Source: Phoronis australis (Eukaryota > Animalia > Phoronida). From it: DNA of 54,607 nt. Made by a program: the position numbers and the translations under genes. Of this stretch, positions 21,177 through 34,745 are shown piece by piece. The stretch spans positions 1 through 54,607 of the forward strand of contig NMRA01001099.1 of NCBI GenBank assembly GCA_002633005.1, given 5' to 3'. The notes below the pieces were generated by a model. It saw only the letters and a list, made by a program, of their open reading frames with translations, did no database searches and had not been told where the DNA came from. Within the stretch, counting starts at the first letter, position 1, and the number at the start of each line of letters is the position of its first letter.

Positions 21177-24100
21177 CCAATTGTTTTTAGTTGCACGTGA
21201 TTTCACGTTCCACGGAAGGAAAGAATTTGGGTAAATAATAAACACAAACAACGAAAATGTCAGAGCATTGAGAATAATAAAGTAAAACTGCTAAACAATA
21301 AGGATATTCCGACTACTGGCGAAAATATGGAAAAGAAACTTCGACGCGGAAAAACTAAGACACTGCCTCGATACTGCAGGGCGGCGCCAGGGGATATGGC
21401 GTCATGTATAAGTTGCCGACTGATTTGAGCAACTGAACGAAGGATTGTTTGAAAAAAGTTTGATTGCGGGAACATTGGTTCGAGCTGGGAAGAATTAAAT
21501 GCATGGTCTGCCTCCTACATGTGTCTCTGTGTGCGCAAAAGGTATATGTACTATAGCAACATGACTTTGATGGTTTAATCAGTGTGAGACATAATTCGCT
21601 GACGTATGGAAGTTCTTCCACCGTCTCTACATGGGGCCAGTTGAGACGTGGTACTGTCTAGCTGTGGGTACTGATATGACGTATTCAGAACTTACATTAA
21701 ATACTGGGCGTCATACGTAAAGAAACAGCTAAAATTTGAACAATTAACAATCAGATTAACGAACCAAATTGATAATCAAAATATACCAAATAACAACCGT
21801 TTTACACTCACGTGGTATCAATACGTTTTCAAAGACAATATCATGACCGTCATTCAGGAATCGTTCGTGAACTAATGTACACGGACTCAGGAAACGGAAA
21901 AAGACGAGAATAGTAGATGAATTTCTGATTGAAAAAAACTGAAGTTGGCCAAGGTAGAGTTCAGTAACTCTTGGACCTGCGGTAGGACCTCGCTACAATC
22001 TAGCCAAAATCACGTGTTCTAATTTAAAATACACAGCAACATCTCACGAAATCTCTAGAGGTACTACTTTTTAGCGAGGTCATGCCAAGAATTATACGAT
22101 GACACTTGGCTTACCTCAAGATCCAACTGCTGTCTGGTGGTTTGATAATTGGTCCAATTATGTTGCACACCCAGCAGAATTAATGAGGAACATATTATTG
22201 CAACATTAAACAAACGTTTTATTTAGTAAAAGTCACATTTCTTACTGGACCAATTTTCAAAATTCAAAAACCTAATCATGAGTTCTTTTCACGAACTATT
22301 CAAATATTTATTACTATTATTATTTACAAACTTTCGAAACGAAAATTTAAAATATTATTGTCGCCTCCAATGTGTTTCTGGTGGTCTCATTATCTAAAGA
22401 ACGATGACATCAGCAGCCTAAGGCTATTTAATTAACCACAACAGCATGGTGTCTTTAATCTAAACCGGCAAATTCTGAGGTACGCAAACCGGTGGAGTTG
22501 CCCAATCTCGACTGGTTAGGATGTCAACGTCTGATAGTCATCATGGTCCTATCGTTATTGCTCTACCCATGTGTCTTTTGCGGTGCCCGAAACTACACAA
22601 AGAAAGTCTTGCAACATTTCACTGATTAACCAACACCCCGCTATTTAAATTACCAGATAAAACCGGGTATCAGAGCTGAGGTTCTCCCATAGAAGAGGTA
22701 TACCGGGAAATTCTGATAAGACGAGTGACTTTTTCAGGACCAGTTTCCCTATAAAAGTTAGCCTTTTCTGTCAAAGATTCTTTCCAAAGGTGCCGTTTCT
22801 GACAACATTCCTACAAAAGGATTCAATTTGAGAGTCCAAATCTCCACAAAAGGTTTTTTTCAACTATACAAATCTATTGAAGTTTTTAGTACTAAATTTG
22901 AAATTTTGGCTGCAAAAATGTAATTTGGCATGATCATTGCATGTTTTCTTGTATAATTTCAGACTTAATGGGTCAAAAATTCAACTCTCCAAGTCTGTAC
23001 GAAAGGATGGGAATCCTAATTTTCCGACTGCACCCCTTGCCAAAAGTTTAGTCGAATACCCGCTCGTGTTCACAGACCTACGATCACTTCAGGACGCGTG
23101 AAACACGCAATCTCAGCCGAGTAGCTTTTTACCACACAAAAATTGAGACTAAACAAATGGGAAATTATTGCCCTTTTTATGTACCATGTTTACAAATAAC
23201 AGTCATTGCAATATTGATAAATCAGACTAGCGTTCACTTATACACAGCTGTCTGCTGATGGTTTGCGCACCTGGGCGCTGGGTCAAACAGGGAACAGTGT
23301 TTGCAGTGAACCTTTTGCTGAGCAGACGCACATCGCCGTATGAGACGGCCAGACGTGTATTATGACTGTAAAATATTTACTGGCACGATCTGTGCTGAAC
23401 ACAAGGCCAGGTGGCTCTGTTTTCTTATGTCTGCATCAGACGAAATTTATTTCTTCGTTAGCTGGCGATGTCCATGACACAACGTGTGTAACTTTTCTTG
23501 AGATGGACCATAACGCAATTCAATGGCACATTGTTCAATATTATTGAGGCACTCAATAGTTGTTTTTAGCCACGGTTGCGTTTCTAGCAACTTTATTGTT
23601 TGGAAATTGGCGACTGGTGTGTTGGCTGGGCCACAAATATTTCCTGTTTCAATCTGTCCCGTGTCTCAGCCATTGTTTTTCTTAAACCTTCACTGCTTCC
23701 ACACAGCAAATTGAAATACAGCAGGAAATTCATCGGGAACCTTGAAATACCATTTGTATAAAGTAAGATTGACTGAGACTTTCTTCCATCCAGAATCTGG
23801 AGTATTCTGGCCCTGAGTGGGAATTGGTGGTGATGGTCGTACATTGTCTGTTGGTTCATACATGCAAACGTTTTTTTTTTGTGAAAATTGACCATTTTTC
23901 GTGTTTTCGAAATGACATATCATTTATTCAAGAGGAACTCCGATAGTGGCATCAAACTGAATATCACGGTCATGTAACAAGTTGCCATTATTTTCCCATT
24001 TTGTGAAATTATACATCATGTCAATGAGACCCTGTCGGATCGAAAGACGCTGCAATAGACCTAATTCACGCGGCGGTCATTAAAATCCAAAGCGAGGCTC

Positions 24101-24867
24101 ACTGCGATAAACAAAGCGGAAGTTGACATTGCGTGAGTTAAAAGGCCTGACTTTCGAGTCCCAGTTGGATATAAAATCTTTAAAATGTGTCGATAATTAA
24201 CCACGGAGACGTAGAAAAATGTATTAGAGAACAAGTCAATGCACCAAAGAGTTGTCTGATGAAAGGGTATAAGTTTTTTTCGGAAAACAAGGTTCGAAAC
24301 ATGAAAAGTAAATGTGACCAAATTGCGGCGATCGCAGTGTTACGGGTTAGGTATTATGCTGAATGCAGGATTACGTTTCTTCTTGTAAATTGTTGATAAA
24401 ATGCTTTCCACACAAACCAGACCATCTGCTCGTATTGTTGACAAGTTGAAGATATATTCGACAGTGGTGGCTCATTGCATTTTGCTGTCATGTGCAATTA
24501 GTCACATCTGGTTGAATTTGTTGATAAAGAAGATTAACATCAAGCAGCCTAGGTCCTGGTGAGGCAGCGGGACTGCCGGGACTAACATTTGATTTGTCAT
24601 TGATCTGAAAGAATAATTGAAGTTATTAAATATATTTTTATTAAAAAACAGGCTCTTAAATGAAATTAAAAATTATTTGACCATCAAGTCTGCTTTTTTA
24701 GTTTTAATAATTCTTACGTCTATTTCATGTGTTAGGTTTCAAATATCAATCTGGACCAAGTTGAATTTTAAAATTAAAACACCTAATTCGTTCGTCCAAA
24801 ACATAACCTCGTTTTAGAGCTCAATTTCACATAACTGGACAGATCAATCATAGTCATCATGTTTCTT

Positions 24868-25200
24868 CATGGGCCTCACTCATCCGAGGGGAAGGTGTCT
24901 GGGCCTTCTGAGAGGGGAATGTTTTCGCCGAGTGAGGGGAAAAATCTACCTAACGATCACCATTAATAGCACCCCGCCCTGTTGCAAGCTCTCATAGGCT
25001 CTGTCTCAAGTAGCATTTTGTGCTCTTTCAAACTGTCACCTGTGTGGTTACACTTGTGATTTGAACCCCGGAGAGAAATTTTCAATCACTATAGGGGAAT
25101 TTTTAGGCTTGGTGGGGGGAATTTCGCGTGATTTTTCAATATTTTTGAGAGGGGAATAGGGCCGATGTTCGGCCCCAAAATCTAGGGATTGAGGGCCCTG
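24868..25200. mobile_element. Old hAT-like MITE
   Basis: Imperfect TIRs CATGGGCCTCACTC / CAGGGCCCTCAATC (11/14). Flanking 8-mers TGTTTCTT and TCCTTCTT (6/8). Interior rich in GGGGAA. Confidence 0.5.
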
Positions 25201-25686
25201 TCCTTCTTGGAAAGAAAAATGCATCATGTTTCAACCCATAGTCATGAAAACACAGCTTGGCTGAGCGACTATTCTCCGGTCGTTGCTATGATGCTCGGCA
25301 ACCGAAATGCGACAATTAAAATGTGATCTAACTTTTCGAAAACATTAAATTTATAAATTTTACACGGCCATATTTTTCTTTGTCGCGGCGTATGCCAACG
25401 ACTCAACGCTTCCGAATCTCAACGTCCTTATTGTAAAACAGACAGTTGAGAGTCCGTATTTTTCAGGCGTTCAAGCAACGTGGAATACAGCTATGCCGAT
25501 AAGCCAACTGAGCTATCGTAGCGAGCCTCGTTTTGGAACGCGCCTCATGTCGGCGTGAATTACATGTAGGTCTATAGCCCCATTCCGAAATACCAGAGCG
25601 TCCTCTCTGATTCCGCGATATTTACGCATGATGCTGCACGAGTTGTGCATTGTGACTAAGCCAAATATCGCAACTCTATACGATCC

Positions 25687-25785
25687 CCTCCAAGAGATGG
25701 TAGGATCCACGGTAAATGCAAGTTCTGTCCAGTGATATCCTCCAAGAGATGATAGGATCCACGGTAAATGCAAGTTCTGTCCAGT
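25687..25785 (+). repeat. Tandem duplication with a 52-bp period
   Basis: cctccaagagatg[g/a]taggatccacggtaaatgcaagttctgtccagt occurs twice with one mismatch. Confidence 0.95.
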
Positions 25786-27207
25786 ATAAACAGTTGTGTA
25801 AAGCACATCATTATCTCCCTAACAGGACAACTGGCATCAAACTAGTCACAACTGCACCGGTGGTGTTCAAAGTCCCACCTTCTTGAAACATGATGCATTG
25901 GCTATAATAACATTACACGATCATCCAAGAAACATCACAAAACTTCAAACGCATGCTTCCATTTGCTTTATTCAATTTACCCTTGTTAGCCAACGTTTTC
26001 TTGAAGCGTAATTGAATTTATTAATGGAAGAACTGGTACTTTTTTCTGAATCTACCAATGCAAAAAGAATTAACAAACAAATACGAATTGCTGTATTCTA
26101 TCACTTAAGCGCACTGTGCACTTTTAGGTATTGGAATTTTAAAGAAACCCTAGCGTAAGACGCACAAACTAAGCAACGAAGAGTTCAGTACAACAGCCCG
26201 CCTGCGAAATGAAACGCCATTAGCAAATCCCTCTTATACTTTTAACAGGTAATAAATTAATCTTTTTTACAAAACACATTCAAAGAATAGGGAATTACAT
26301 TTGGAAAGCGAGTCACGTAAAAATAAATTACGTAGGTCATAAATCGATTTTGACTATTGGCCGGGATACAGGTTGGGATACGAAGAAAAACGCATTCCAT
26401 CAACGATATAGCTCGCATGCGCATTACCTGACTCCAGAGATCAGTGTCATACTTGAATCATTACAGGTTCGTGTAAAATTCTGAAATATCGACACAACAC
26501 AGCACATTTGTGCTTTGAATGGCAGCAACGTACGTAAAAACTCGCGTTTGCGCTTATTAGTTTTATTTCGTTTAACGGTGTCTGACTACTACAAAATTTG
26601 GGAAAGGCTGAAACGATGTTTCGCTGAATGAGGTATAAACTAACACAATTAGTGAAATGTTTAATTATACGACCAGAGTACTCGTACCTTGGCAGTTTTG
26701 GGTCTTAGCAGTATCTTCCATGGTGACGAATGGAATGGTCATTCAGTTTTGCTTATAACGCAAATAACTAACAATATTAAGTAATTCTGGAAACATGGTC
26801 TATCAAGGTGTGGAATGTCGATCTCGTACATGTAGCAGGGTGAAATGTGGAGTATCAATGCCTCAAATAAAGAGACTCTTGGTGACCTTGCGAAGAGGCA
26901 AATGGCTACCACGTGGTAAAGTGGAACGGCGCTGAAGTCTTGAAAATGATTATAGAACTTGAGAGAAGTTTAAAACTACTTAGAATATTGCACCTCTAAC
27001 TAAGTCAACCTCGTCTACAAAGAGTTTAAAGTGTCAAGAGGCATTAATTTACCTTGTGGTTGCGAAACAAGGAACCTTCCTCCGTCACTGTAACGTCGTG
27101 TTACTTGTGCAGTGAATAAAATGAAATTCAGCAATCAATGCTTTGCAGACCTCCACTTCCTTCGATCTGCAAAATCCAGTTTTTAGTAGTACCTTATACA
27201 TAAAACC

Positions 27208-27315
27208 CCACGGAAGCATTTTATAGCCAGTGATACACAAAAAAAATAAAATTTGAGAAGAAGTCGTAATTACGATTTGTTCTCGTAATTGTGACCTTTT
27301 CGCGTAATTACGATT
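27208..27315 (+). mobile_element. Decayed IS3EU-like terminus with CGTAATTACG subterminal repeats
   Basis: CACGG-like end, then an A-tract, then three aagtcgtaattacga-type units matching 7570-7700. Confidence 0.45.
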
Positions 27316-27589
27316 AAATTAATAATGTTTCTCACGTTGGTTTCTAGCTCACAAACAACAGCAAATGTTCCACGTGACGGTGTGGAACTTACAATCGTAT
27401 GCCCCAGTTGTATTCAAAACTTCAATAAGCCATCACAAACAGCTTTCTTTACAGGGGTATTTAATTATATCCCAAACTGACGTTACTGTATTCCTGTCCT
27501 TTGTTTGAATTGAAATTGGTTAGAATAAATCGTCTAGAATTTCGCGAACAGTAAAATACATGAGCACCGCAGCCCCAGAAATCGATTTT

Positions 27590-27758
27590 CATTCATCCCC
27601 TGGCATACATTCATGAGCAAGACCGAGCCGGAGCTCTGAGTAGAGGGAAACACTTCCGTAGAATGCTCGACTGCCTGTCAGGGAAGCCACTGAGGATTCG
27701 AACTCGGGTCTCCCAGGTGGGAATTTAGAGCTCATACCTCCGAGCTACACTGACTCCT
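27590..27758 (-). mobile_element. tRNA-derived SINE (third family, minus strand)
   Basis: Minus-strand box A TAGCTCGGAGG (27747-27737) and box B GAGTTCGAATCC (27705-27694), followed by a non-tRNA body. The 3' boundary is approximate. Confidence 0.6.
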
Positions 27759-30320
27759 CGAAGAATGAAAAGCTGCCAATTCATACAAAAAGCCTGTAAT
27801 TGATTCTAAACTCGGTAAGGAACAAAATGAGACCGATTTTAACATGGTATAAAGTAGCTTAAGTCAAACGTGAGTTTTTTTAGAGTAGGCCTAGATTATT
27901 ACACCTTTATAACTCCACCAAACCGGCGCCGGCAGCCTTTCGTCAAAAATCTAATTTTCGACCTAGAACGCTGACGTTGATGACAGTGATCTCAGCTTCT
28001 TTCTTATGCAAATTAGAGGTGCGGTTTCTGAGCTTCAGTGGAAAGAACTTACAAACTGTTATCACATGGGACCAACCTCAACAAGTTGGTTCATGTCGAG
28101 GCTGATTGATTAATCCGCCGAGCATAAGGTAATGACGAACTACCCGTTCTTTCCAAGCTCAGTAAGCGCCTCTCAGAGGCACGTGGTCTAAGTCAATTTT
28201 ATGACTGCACAGCGGTAAGTCAGGGGTTATCTTTCTTGGCGGATGGCGAGTTATTGCAGTTTTAATGGTATTTATGATTAGATTTAAGCACACAATCTCC
28301 TAAAAGGACGATCCGTCGTTTGATATCCAAATGATAAGAACCAATTTATTTGAAAGCATGCACCTTAGTATTCAGATGTGTTAAAATGGACATGAAATAA
28401 TGTTTTTAAGAAACGATTTCAAGATTGTCGCTATGACACACATTACTTTTACAACATTCAAATAATTATTGATAGTCCAGGAATGCTTCTTGTAGTTGCT
28501 CTTTATATCAGGCTGTTTGCTCGACCAACATATGAAAACTTTGAAGACACGTAGAGAGCATTTTCACAACTTGGCACGGGGCCAGTGGACGATTATAAAT
28601 GGAAATGCATGCACTGCAGATACGGTTATAAAAATGACACGCAACCCTCGATATCTAACTTAATTTAGCTTGCTAGTTACGTTCACATGTACGGTGTCCA
28701 TGGTGTTTATCATACACTACTAAGCACTTCATTACATCATCTTAATTAGTGACTTGGTGCTCAGTTAGAGGCTAGGTCGTTGCATGCTATTCGTTAACAA
28801 GTGTTAATTTAACGATCAGCTCTTCGCATCGATCTCACGTTTTTGTTGCGTATGGAATTCTTTCTGTGCCATCTGCTTCATACCTGCTAGTAAGGGGCCG
28901 ATACAAGGACTTCCCGCATGTATTCGCTTCCCTTCATTTTTGCTTGATTTTTGCAAATATCGGTAGATGACCTCATTTTCTTCCGTCCTCCGTCTTCCCT
29001 CAGTGATAATATATCTTATTGTGAGGAGTAATTTTCCGCTTAAATCTGCCATTGTAACGTTTTTGTTTGAATATTTGTATTTTGCTAGATTCCCTTGTGG
29101 GTACTGTGACGTAACATCGTGCCTCGTGAACAAAAATGGCCGACTGAAGACAAAGTGTGCAAATAGAACTACAGTTTGTATTATAGAGAGATAAGAAGTC
29201 ATGGGTGAGATTTATTTTTTCACTCGTTATATGTTACCTCAGGCGACCTTGAATACTCAAGGACATGGACGCATTTCAAATATTCGAACACTCTAGATTT
29301 TGCATGACATTAGGTAACCCGCCAAAGGTCAAACTTATCAAAGAATAATTTCTGTGGTTGCACTTAGTAATAATATTTTCTGGTATAAACAGAAACATTT
29401 CAAAAATTTGCGAATTTGGTTACCCGATAGCATGGCGTGTTACCTTGGGTTCAGTTGAGTGATATTCTAAAATCCAGCTGGTCATGGACGGATAGTTGTT
29501 TTGCATTGTATTCGAACAAACGAAATTAGACTCGCGTAGCATATTTCAGACCTCCAAACGGATCCGCAAGTCCGGGTCCAGTGCGGTCCCTTGGACACTT
29601 CTTTAACGCTAGCATTTCGTATTTATAACGTTCTCATTTGCTATGAACGTCGTGAACATAAGTATTGGCCTGACAGCTTACAATAACAACAAACGATTAT
29701 ATAAAACACCCTAACATTTTAGTTATAAATTGCCACCCATTTCCCAGTTTGTGCATATGCAGAATACAGGAGTCGATTTGTTACGTTACACAACAGACAT
29801 ACATTAAATTAAAGAATTGTTACAAGTTGACAAATCAGTAACAGGTGCGGAAATAAACGAGTAATGAGTTTCACCATATGATGGAGTAAAGTCACTCGGG
29901 AGCAAGAGTTCGCAATGCAGAACGTTAATTAACTGCACGGGTAGGCTGCAAAGGAAGTGGGATGCTACGACTACCTAGACAAGATAAATGACATGAATCG
30001 CCACCTTTGTTGGTCCGTGAATTTCTTATATCGGATCTACACAGATTTCGTTCAAAAGATCGTCGAAAAAGGCAACTGGACGTCATAGGAATGGCCGGGT
30101 ATCATTTGCGCCGTTTTGAAATGAGGAACGCGCAATCACTACTTGCTCACTTAGGTGGCGCTGCAAGAATTATTGTTGTGCATTGCAGTTTATGACATAA
30201 TACCTTGCTTTAGCATCAATTTTAACAAGGCAAACGTGAAAGAGCGCGTGTTCCAACCATTGTAGTTTGGACACAATACCTCGTTTTCAAACTTAATGAC
30301 GAATTCGTGCAAGTAAGGAT

Positions 30321-31569
30321 TTTATTACTCTGCGCGTGTAAGCGCAGAGTACTGTTGTTCCTGGGTTTTCTTCAATTTTATTCTTATTCTTTCTTCTTAT
30401 TCTTCTTATTCTTCTTCCGACCAACTTTGAGACTTAATAACTCCAAATTGGGTGCAGGTACGGTCTTTAAATTCAGCATATGAATTTTGACAGTATATAA
30501 ATTTTGATTGATTATATAATCATATTCCATATTGCACCGGAAGAGGTCGTTTGGTGCAAAGGTCATATAATTTTCAAAATGCTACTCCTCCTTCAGTTTT
30601 TAAGCTATCTTTTTCAAATTCGGTGCACAGGTATAAGTCAACATGACAATTTAAAAAATTACTTTTCTAAGTAATCGGGTCATCCAATCAGGTGAAATAG
30701 GTCAAAGGTCATTAGGTGCAAACTAAAATTTTGAGCTAGACACTTCAAATTGACAGGTCTGATTGCCACAGGTAAATCAAATCGGAATCCAAAGTTTCAG
30801 GTCATTTAGTGCAAGCATGGGGTCATTAGGTGCATTTTTCTTCTGAAAATTTGACCTTTTCAATCAGCAAGTATTCTGATGTGTCAACCGTTAGACAACC
30901 GTGATTCTCAGCGTTAAACACACTTTCCATGGGCTTTCCAAAAATTCTATTAAGGATGCTTAAAATGCACCGGATAGGGTCAATTAGTGCAAAGGTCATG
31001 TAACGTTAAAAATGTTATATCTTTTACGTTTTTTAAGAAATTCTTTTCAATTTCAGCACACTGGTGTAAGTCAACTTCCCAATTGAACAACTACGCAATA
31101 GGACCAACCAATCAGAAAAAATAGGTCAAAGGTCATTGAGTGCAAAATTAAAATTTTGAGCTAGAGACTTCAACATTACATATCTGTTTACTAAACGGGA
31201 TTGAGTTTGAATTCTAAATTTTTGGGTCATTTGGTGCATCCATGGGGTCACTAGGTGCATTTTTCTTCTGAAAGTTTGACCAATTCATTCATGTTGTATT
31301 CTTAAGTGCTTAAAGCAAAACACCTGTGATTCTTAGCATTAACTATACTATAAATTGGTTGTACAATTATTCCCTCACTGGGGTTCATAATGCACCGGAA
31401 GAGGTCAGTTAGTGGAAAGGTCATCAAAACATTAACATGAAATTACTCCTACAATTTTACAGAATTTCTTTTCATATTGGTAAACGGGGTTGCTGTCAGT
31501 AACTTCCCATAACAATTCCTTTAATACGCACGCGCAGAGTCCATTATTGTCGCAATAATCTTTCTAGTT
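30321..31569 (+). mobile_element. Non-autonomous Helentron-associated (HINE/DINE-1/pearl-like) element with internal ~430-bp tandem repeats
   Basis: 5' subTIR ACTCTGCGCGTG (30327-30338) with a nearby inverted copy GCGCAGAGT (30342-30350). (TTC/TTA) microsatellite at ~30378-30417. Repeats start TGCACCGG at 30533, 30966 and 31391. 3' subTIR CACGCGCAGAGT (31529-31540), stem-loop ATTATTG-tcg-CAATAAT (31543-31559), then CTAGTT. Flanks are T-rich. Confidence 0.82.
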
Positions 31570-32905
31570 TCAGTTGGGATTTGGAAGAAGTTCTTCCCAG
31601 CACTAGAGCTCAGAACTGAAGTGTCTATAGACCCGCTTTCTGAAATTGGTCTCAGATTGTTCTTTAGGCAAAACAGGTGTTATTTCTGGTCTTGGAAAGA
31701 TCTTATAACTCGTTATTGCTTGACTGAGACCAGGCTCTACACGTGTAATTCACTCGTCATGACGTGCCATGTCATTTGCCAAGACCAAATTCCTTGAGGA
31801 ATACCGAATTTGTAAGACAAAAGATTATTTTTCATCTGAGGGAACAAGCTGAAACCAATTTTAAAGCAGTACGCGATGTAAATCAAAATTAAGTTTTTTC
31901 TACGGGCGCGGATTTATCAGCTTTCAATCGAGCGGGAAAACACCATCACTGCCATAGAAACCCGCCGTTGCTAAGCAACCTCTAAGCAGTAACCCTGACG
32001 AAATAGACGTACGTAGTCAGTAGTGACCTTTTCAAAATTCAAGTAACCCAACATGATCAATTTGCTGCCTTGTGTAAAATGCGATTCTTGATTACAATTT
32101 TCCTGCAAGATCTGCATTGCAATATGAGATGAAAAATGCAAAACAATAATTAGCTGCGAAACGCATCACAAGGATCAAAAGACAAATTAGGATTGAGCTC
32201 AAACAGGGTCAATTGCGATGCAATTTTTTGTAATTTTAATTAAAAAGAAACGTGCTGATAGCCAGTGCGCTGAAATGGTATTTTTACTTGTTGGTGAATA
32301 TCCAGCAATTTATTTGTTCGTTAACCGCAACCGCCTTGTAAATCGGCGACCAATCAATGACAATGATAAATCCTTTGAAATTCTAAACTTATATGAGCAT
32401 CTTTCTATCGATAAATATTAAAGAAAAACGCTTCACACGGAATGATGCGTCTTCGTCAACTTAAAAAAACATCTCACACAGAGACAGTAATTACCGTAAG
32501 TAAGTGTCCTATTCTCGTCGCTCTCTCCAAACAATTTCTAATGCTAATCTACGCACTTAAGAAGAATTAATGAACTTAATTTCTCTGCCCTTGAGTCAAC
32601 AAAAATCGACTTAATCCCAATTAGTATTCTTGCAGTCCATTGAAAACGACCAAACTACGTGACTGCAATTTTTTAACGTCGCGCCTGCAGGGGTTAAACC
32701 ATGAAGAAACCAAAGGGTCTTGAAAGAACACTTTTCTTTCTGTGAAAATATGCCTACGCGTCGTTCTGTTTTTCGCTTACAACAATGATCAGAAAAGAAC
32801 GAATTTATCCCTATACTAATCACGTGTATAATTTTCATAATGAGAAGAATGTGACTTTTAAAGTTTTGGCATTCTTTGTCCCGAAACTGCTACTTACATA
32901 CTTAA

Positions 32906-33488
32906 AGAGGCGTGGAACGCGAAAACTCGTTAAAAATAGCTTTTAAACAGATCGAGGCTACTCTACTTCTAAGGGATGCTGACGTGAGAGTTATTCACTT
33001 TGAATGTTGCAAGATTTTCTAGAAGAAAATCGTTTCATATTCATTGTTATGGAAACACATACCAAATAAAAACTCTCCCAGTACATTTTCAAATTCTCCG
33101 CCCATAATAATAATATATGTATGCGCGCATGTCCTCAAAGAAGTCGGTCTGACCGGCTGCGGCATGAAATTGTCATCGTTTCGTTAACATCAAAGGTCAA
33201 AGGTCACATTTTCCATATAAGGTTAATGTTCTATGTCTGTCTTGCCATACCAAATAAGGAGACGTGCATGCCGTGTGAGAAAAAAATCGACGAAGTGACG
33301 AGCAGCCGGCAGATTGTTTTTTTTTTCGAAATTTGAAACTAAAGGAAATATGCTTTGGCATCAACAGAAATCCAAAATCTTTACGAGCAAACTGTAAAAA
33401 CACCTGTAAACAATTTGACTTCTGTTCCAGTATCAGAAAACCAATTTGAATAATGCATTTTTGTCTGTCTTTCACGTTCTATGCCACT
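32906..33488. mobile_element. Kolobok-like non-autonomous element
   Basis: Left end TTAA|AGAGGCGTGGAACGCGAAA; right end (reverse complement) AGTGGCATAGAACGTGAAA, 15/19 identical. The right-hand TTAA is absent. Confidence 0.5.
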
Positions 33489-33959
33489 AGACATTGGAAA
33501 TTAAATGTTTTGTATGTCTCCCGAGTGGAGCGAAAGTGAAATTGTCTTGACCTAAACACTGACTCAAAGGACTTGACGCCTTGGCAGCCAGTGAGTGATG
33601 GATTCGTATCAAATTTGAAAATTATTTTATCCGATAGAATTGCCATCTCAGACTTTTTACGCAAAATATGGAGCACAGGCCTGTCTAAAGGACTGTATTA
33701 CAAAAGCTATTTTATGGGATATCCAACAGTTTCAGTAATTTGGAGAGGACAATTTAAAACTGTTCACCCGCCTTCTAGATATACACCGGAAGTGACGTAA
33801 ATGTAATAACGCTAACAAAAACTGGACGAATGACATGCTACACACATCTTCGAATTCGGCCGTTCCGGATTACACAACGATTATTAGAACTCTCCTTTGT
33901 TCCGGAGGTAAGAAAGTATGTTGTTTTCATTGGCCTCGTTTTGGAACGTCCTTATTTTC

Positions 33960-34249
33960 ACAGGTCTTGTCAGAGCCCGTCGAGGTGTATGGCGTGAAAA
34001 TATGATACCGATTCCAATTGTTCAAAAGTACCAACATTGAAAAAAATCTTTAAGGAAGGGGGTTTTGTTCAGTTCAAAATTAACGCGACGAATTTGCTTT
34101 ATCCACTCGCTTCACATTTTCTTGACATTGATTGGAGTCGGGAAGGTGAAGAACTTAACATCACGCATCCTCTGGTATTTGCCAAGTTCATCCAACTTTC
34201 TTCTGCCGGAGATACAGCCCGCAGCACAGCAGCAATGCTTCGTTGGAAT
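33960..34249 (-). pseudogene. THAP zinc-finger domain relic (transposase N-terminus)
   Basis: Translation (I)PTKHCCCAAGCISGRRKLDELGKYQRMRDVKFFTFPTPINVKKM*SEWIKQIRRVNFELNKTP shows the THAP hallmarks C-x-x-x-x-C, FP and W...IRR. The expected start codon reads ATT, there is an internal TGA, and the CS.HF motif is missing. Confidence 0.7.
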
Positions 34250-34677
34250 TGAAAGGACGGATATAGTAATGCAGCCGAGAAAAACCGGTATAGAATGCGG
34301 CGACAACAAAGATCATGTAGAACTCTAATGGTGCGAAAACGAGGCTGCAAACATGCGGTAATGTGGGTAAATACAGAGAAATTCGAGAGTCACTACGTAA
34401 TCCGGAACTGTTCTTGCACGCCTAGATCAGTGCGCTAACGTGAAAAACCCGAGGTAGCCGCTAACAACATGCATATGTACCTGGAGTTCCAGGTATTAGT
34501 ACTCAGAGATTGTGTTACTTTAGAGGTTTGATGGAAAAAAGACTTTGAATACGAACATACCGGATGCCGGGTTATTCTGACATTAAGTTAACAGCTTCAC
34601 AAAATGTGCTGTTGTTGCTTTTTGGAAAACGACTCTGTTTTCAGATAGAGCTCCTCAAAAGGAAATTTTCTATAAAG

Positions 34678-34745
34678 CATAGGCGGCGCACCATAGAGGG
34701 CTGGGGGGGCTATAGCCCCACTTTTTCAGTGCTGCGCCGCTCATG
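34678..34745. mobile_element. 68-bp mini-MITE
   Basis: TIRs CATAGGCGGCGCA / CATGAGCGGCGCA (11/13) around a GGGGGCTATAGCCCCC palindrome. The TSD is unclear. Confidence 0.55.

Noticed and set aside
25480-25530. tRNA-like box A (TAGCTCAGTTGG) on the minus strand
   Set aside because: No convincing box B or body; too decayed to call.
28816-29202. Longest unexplained ORF (128 aa)
   Set aside because: No family I can recognise and no clear splice context. An ORF of this length is plausible by chance in 54 kb, and only a faint TEEE-like helix motif is present.
33785-33800. CCGGAAGTGACGT ETS/CRE-like promoter motif (also AAAATGGCGGC at ~42407)
   Set aside because: Short motifs in or near transposon debris, with no associated gene or CpG island.
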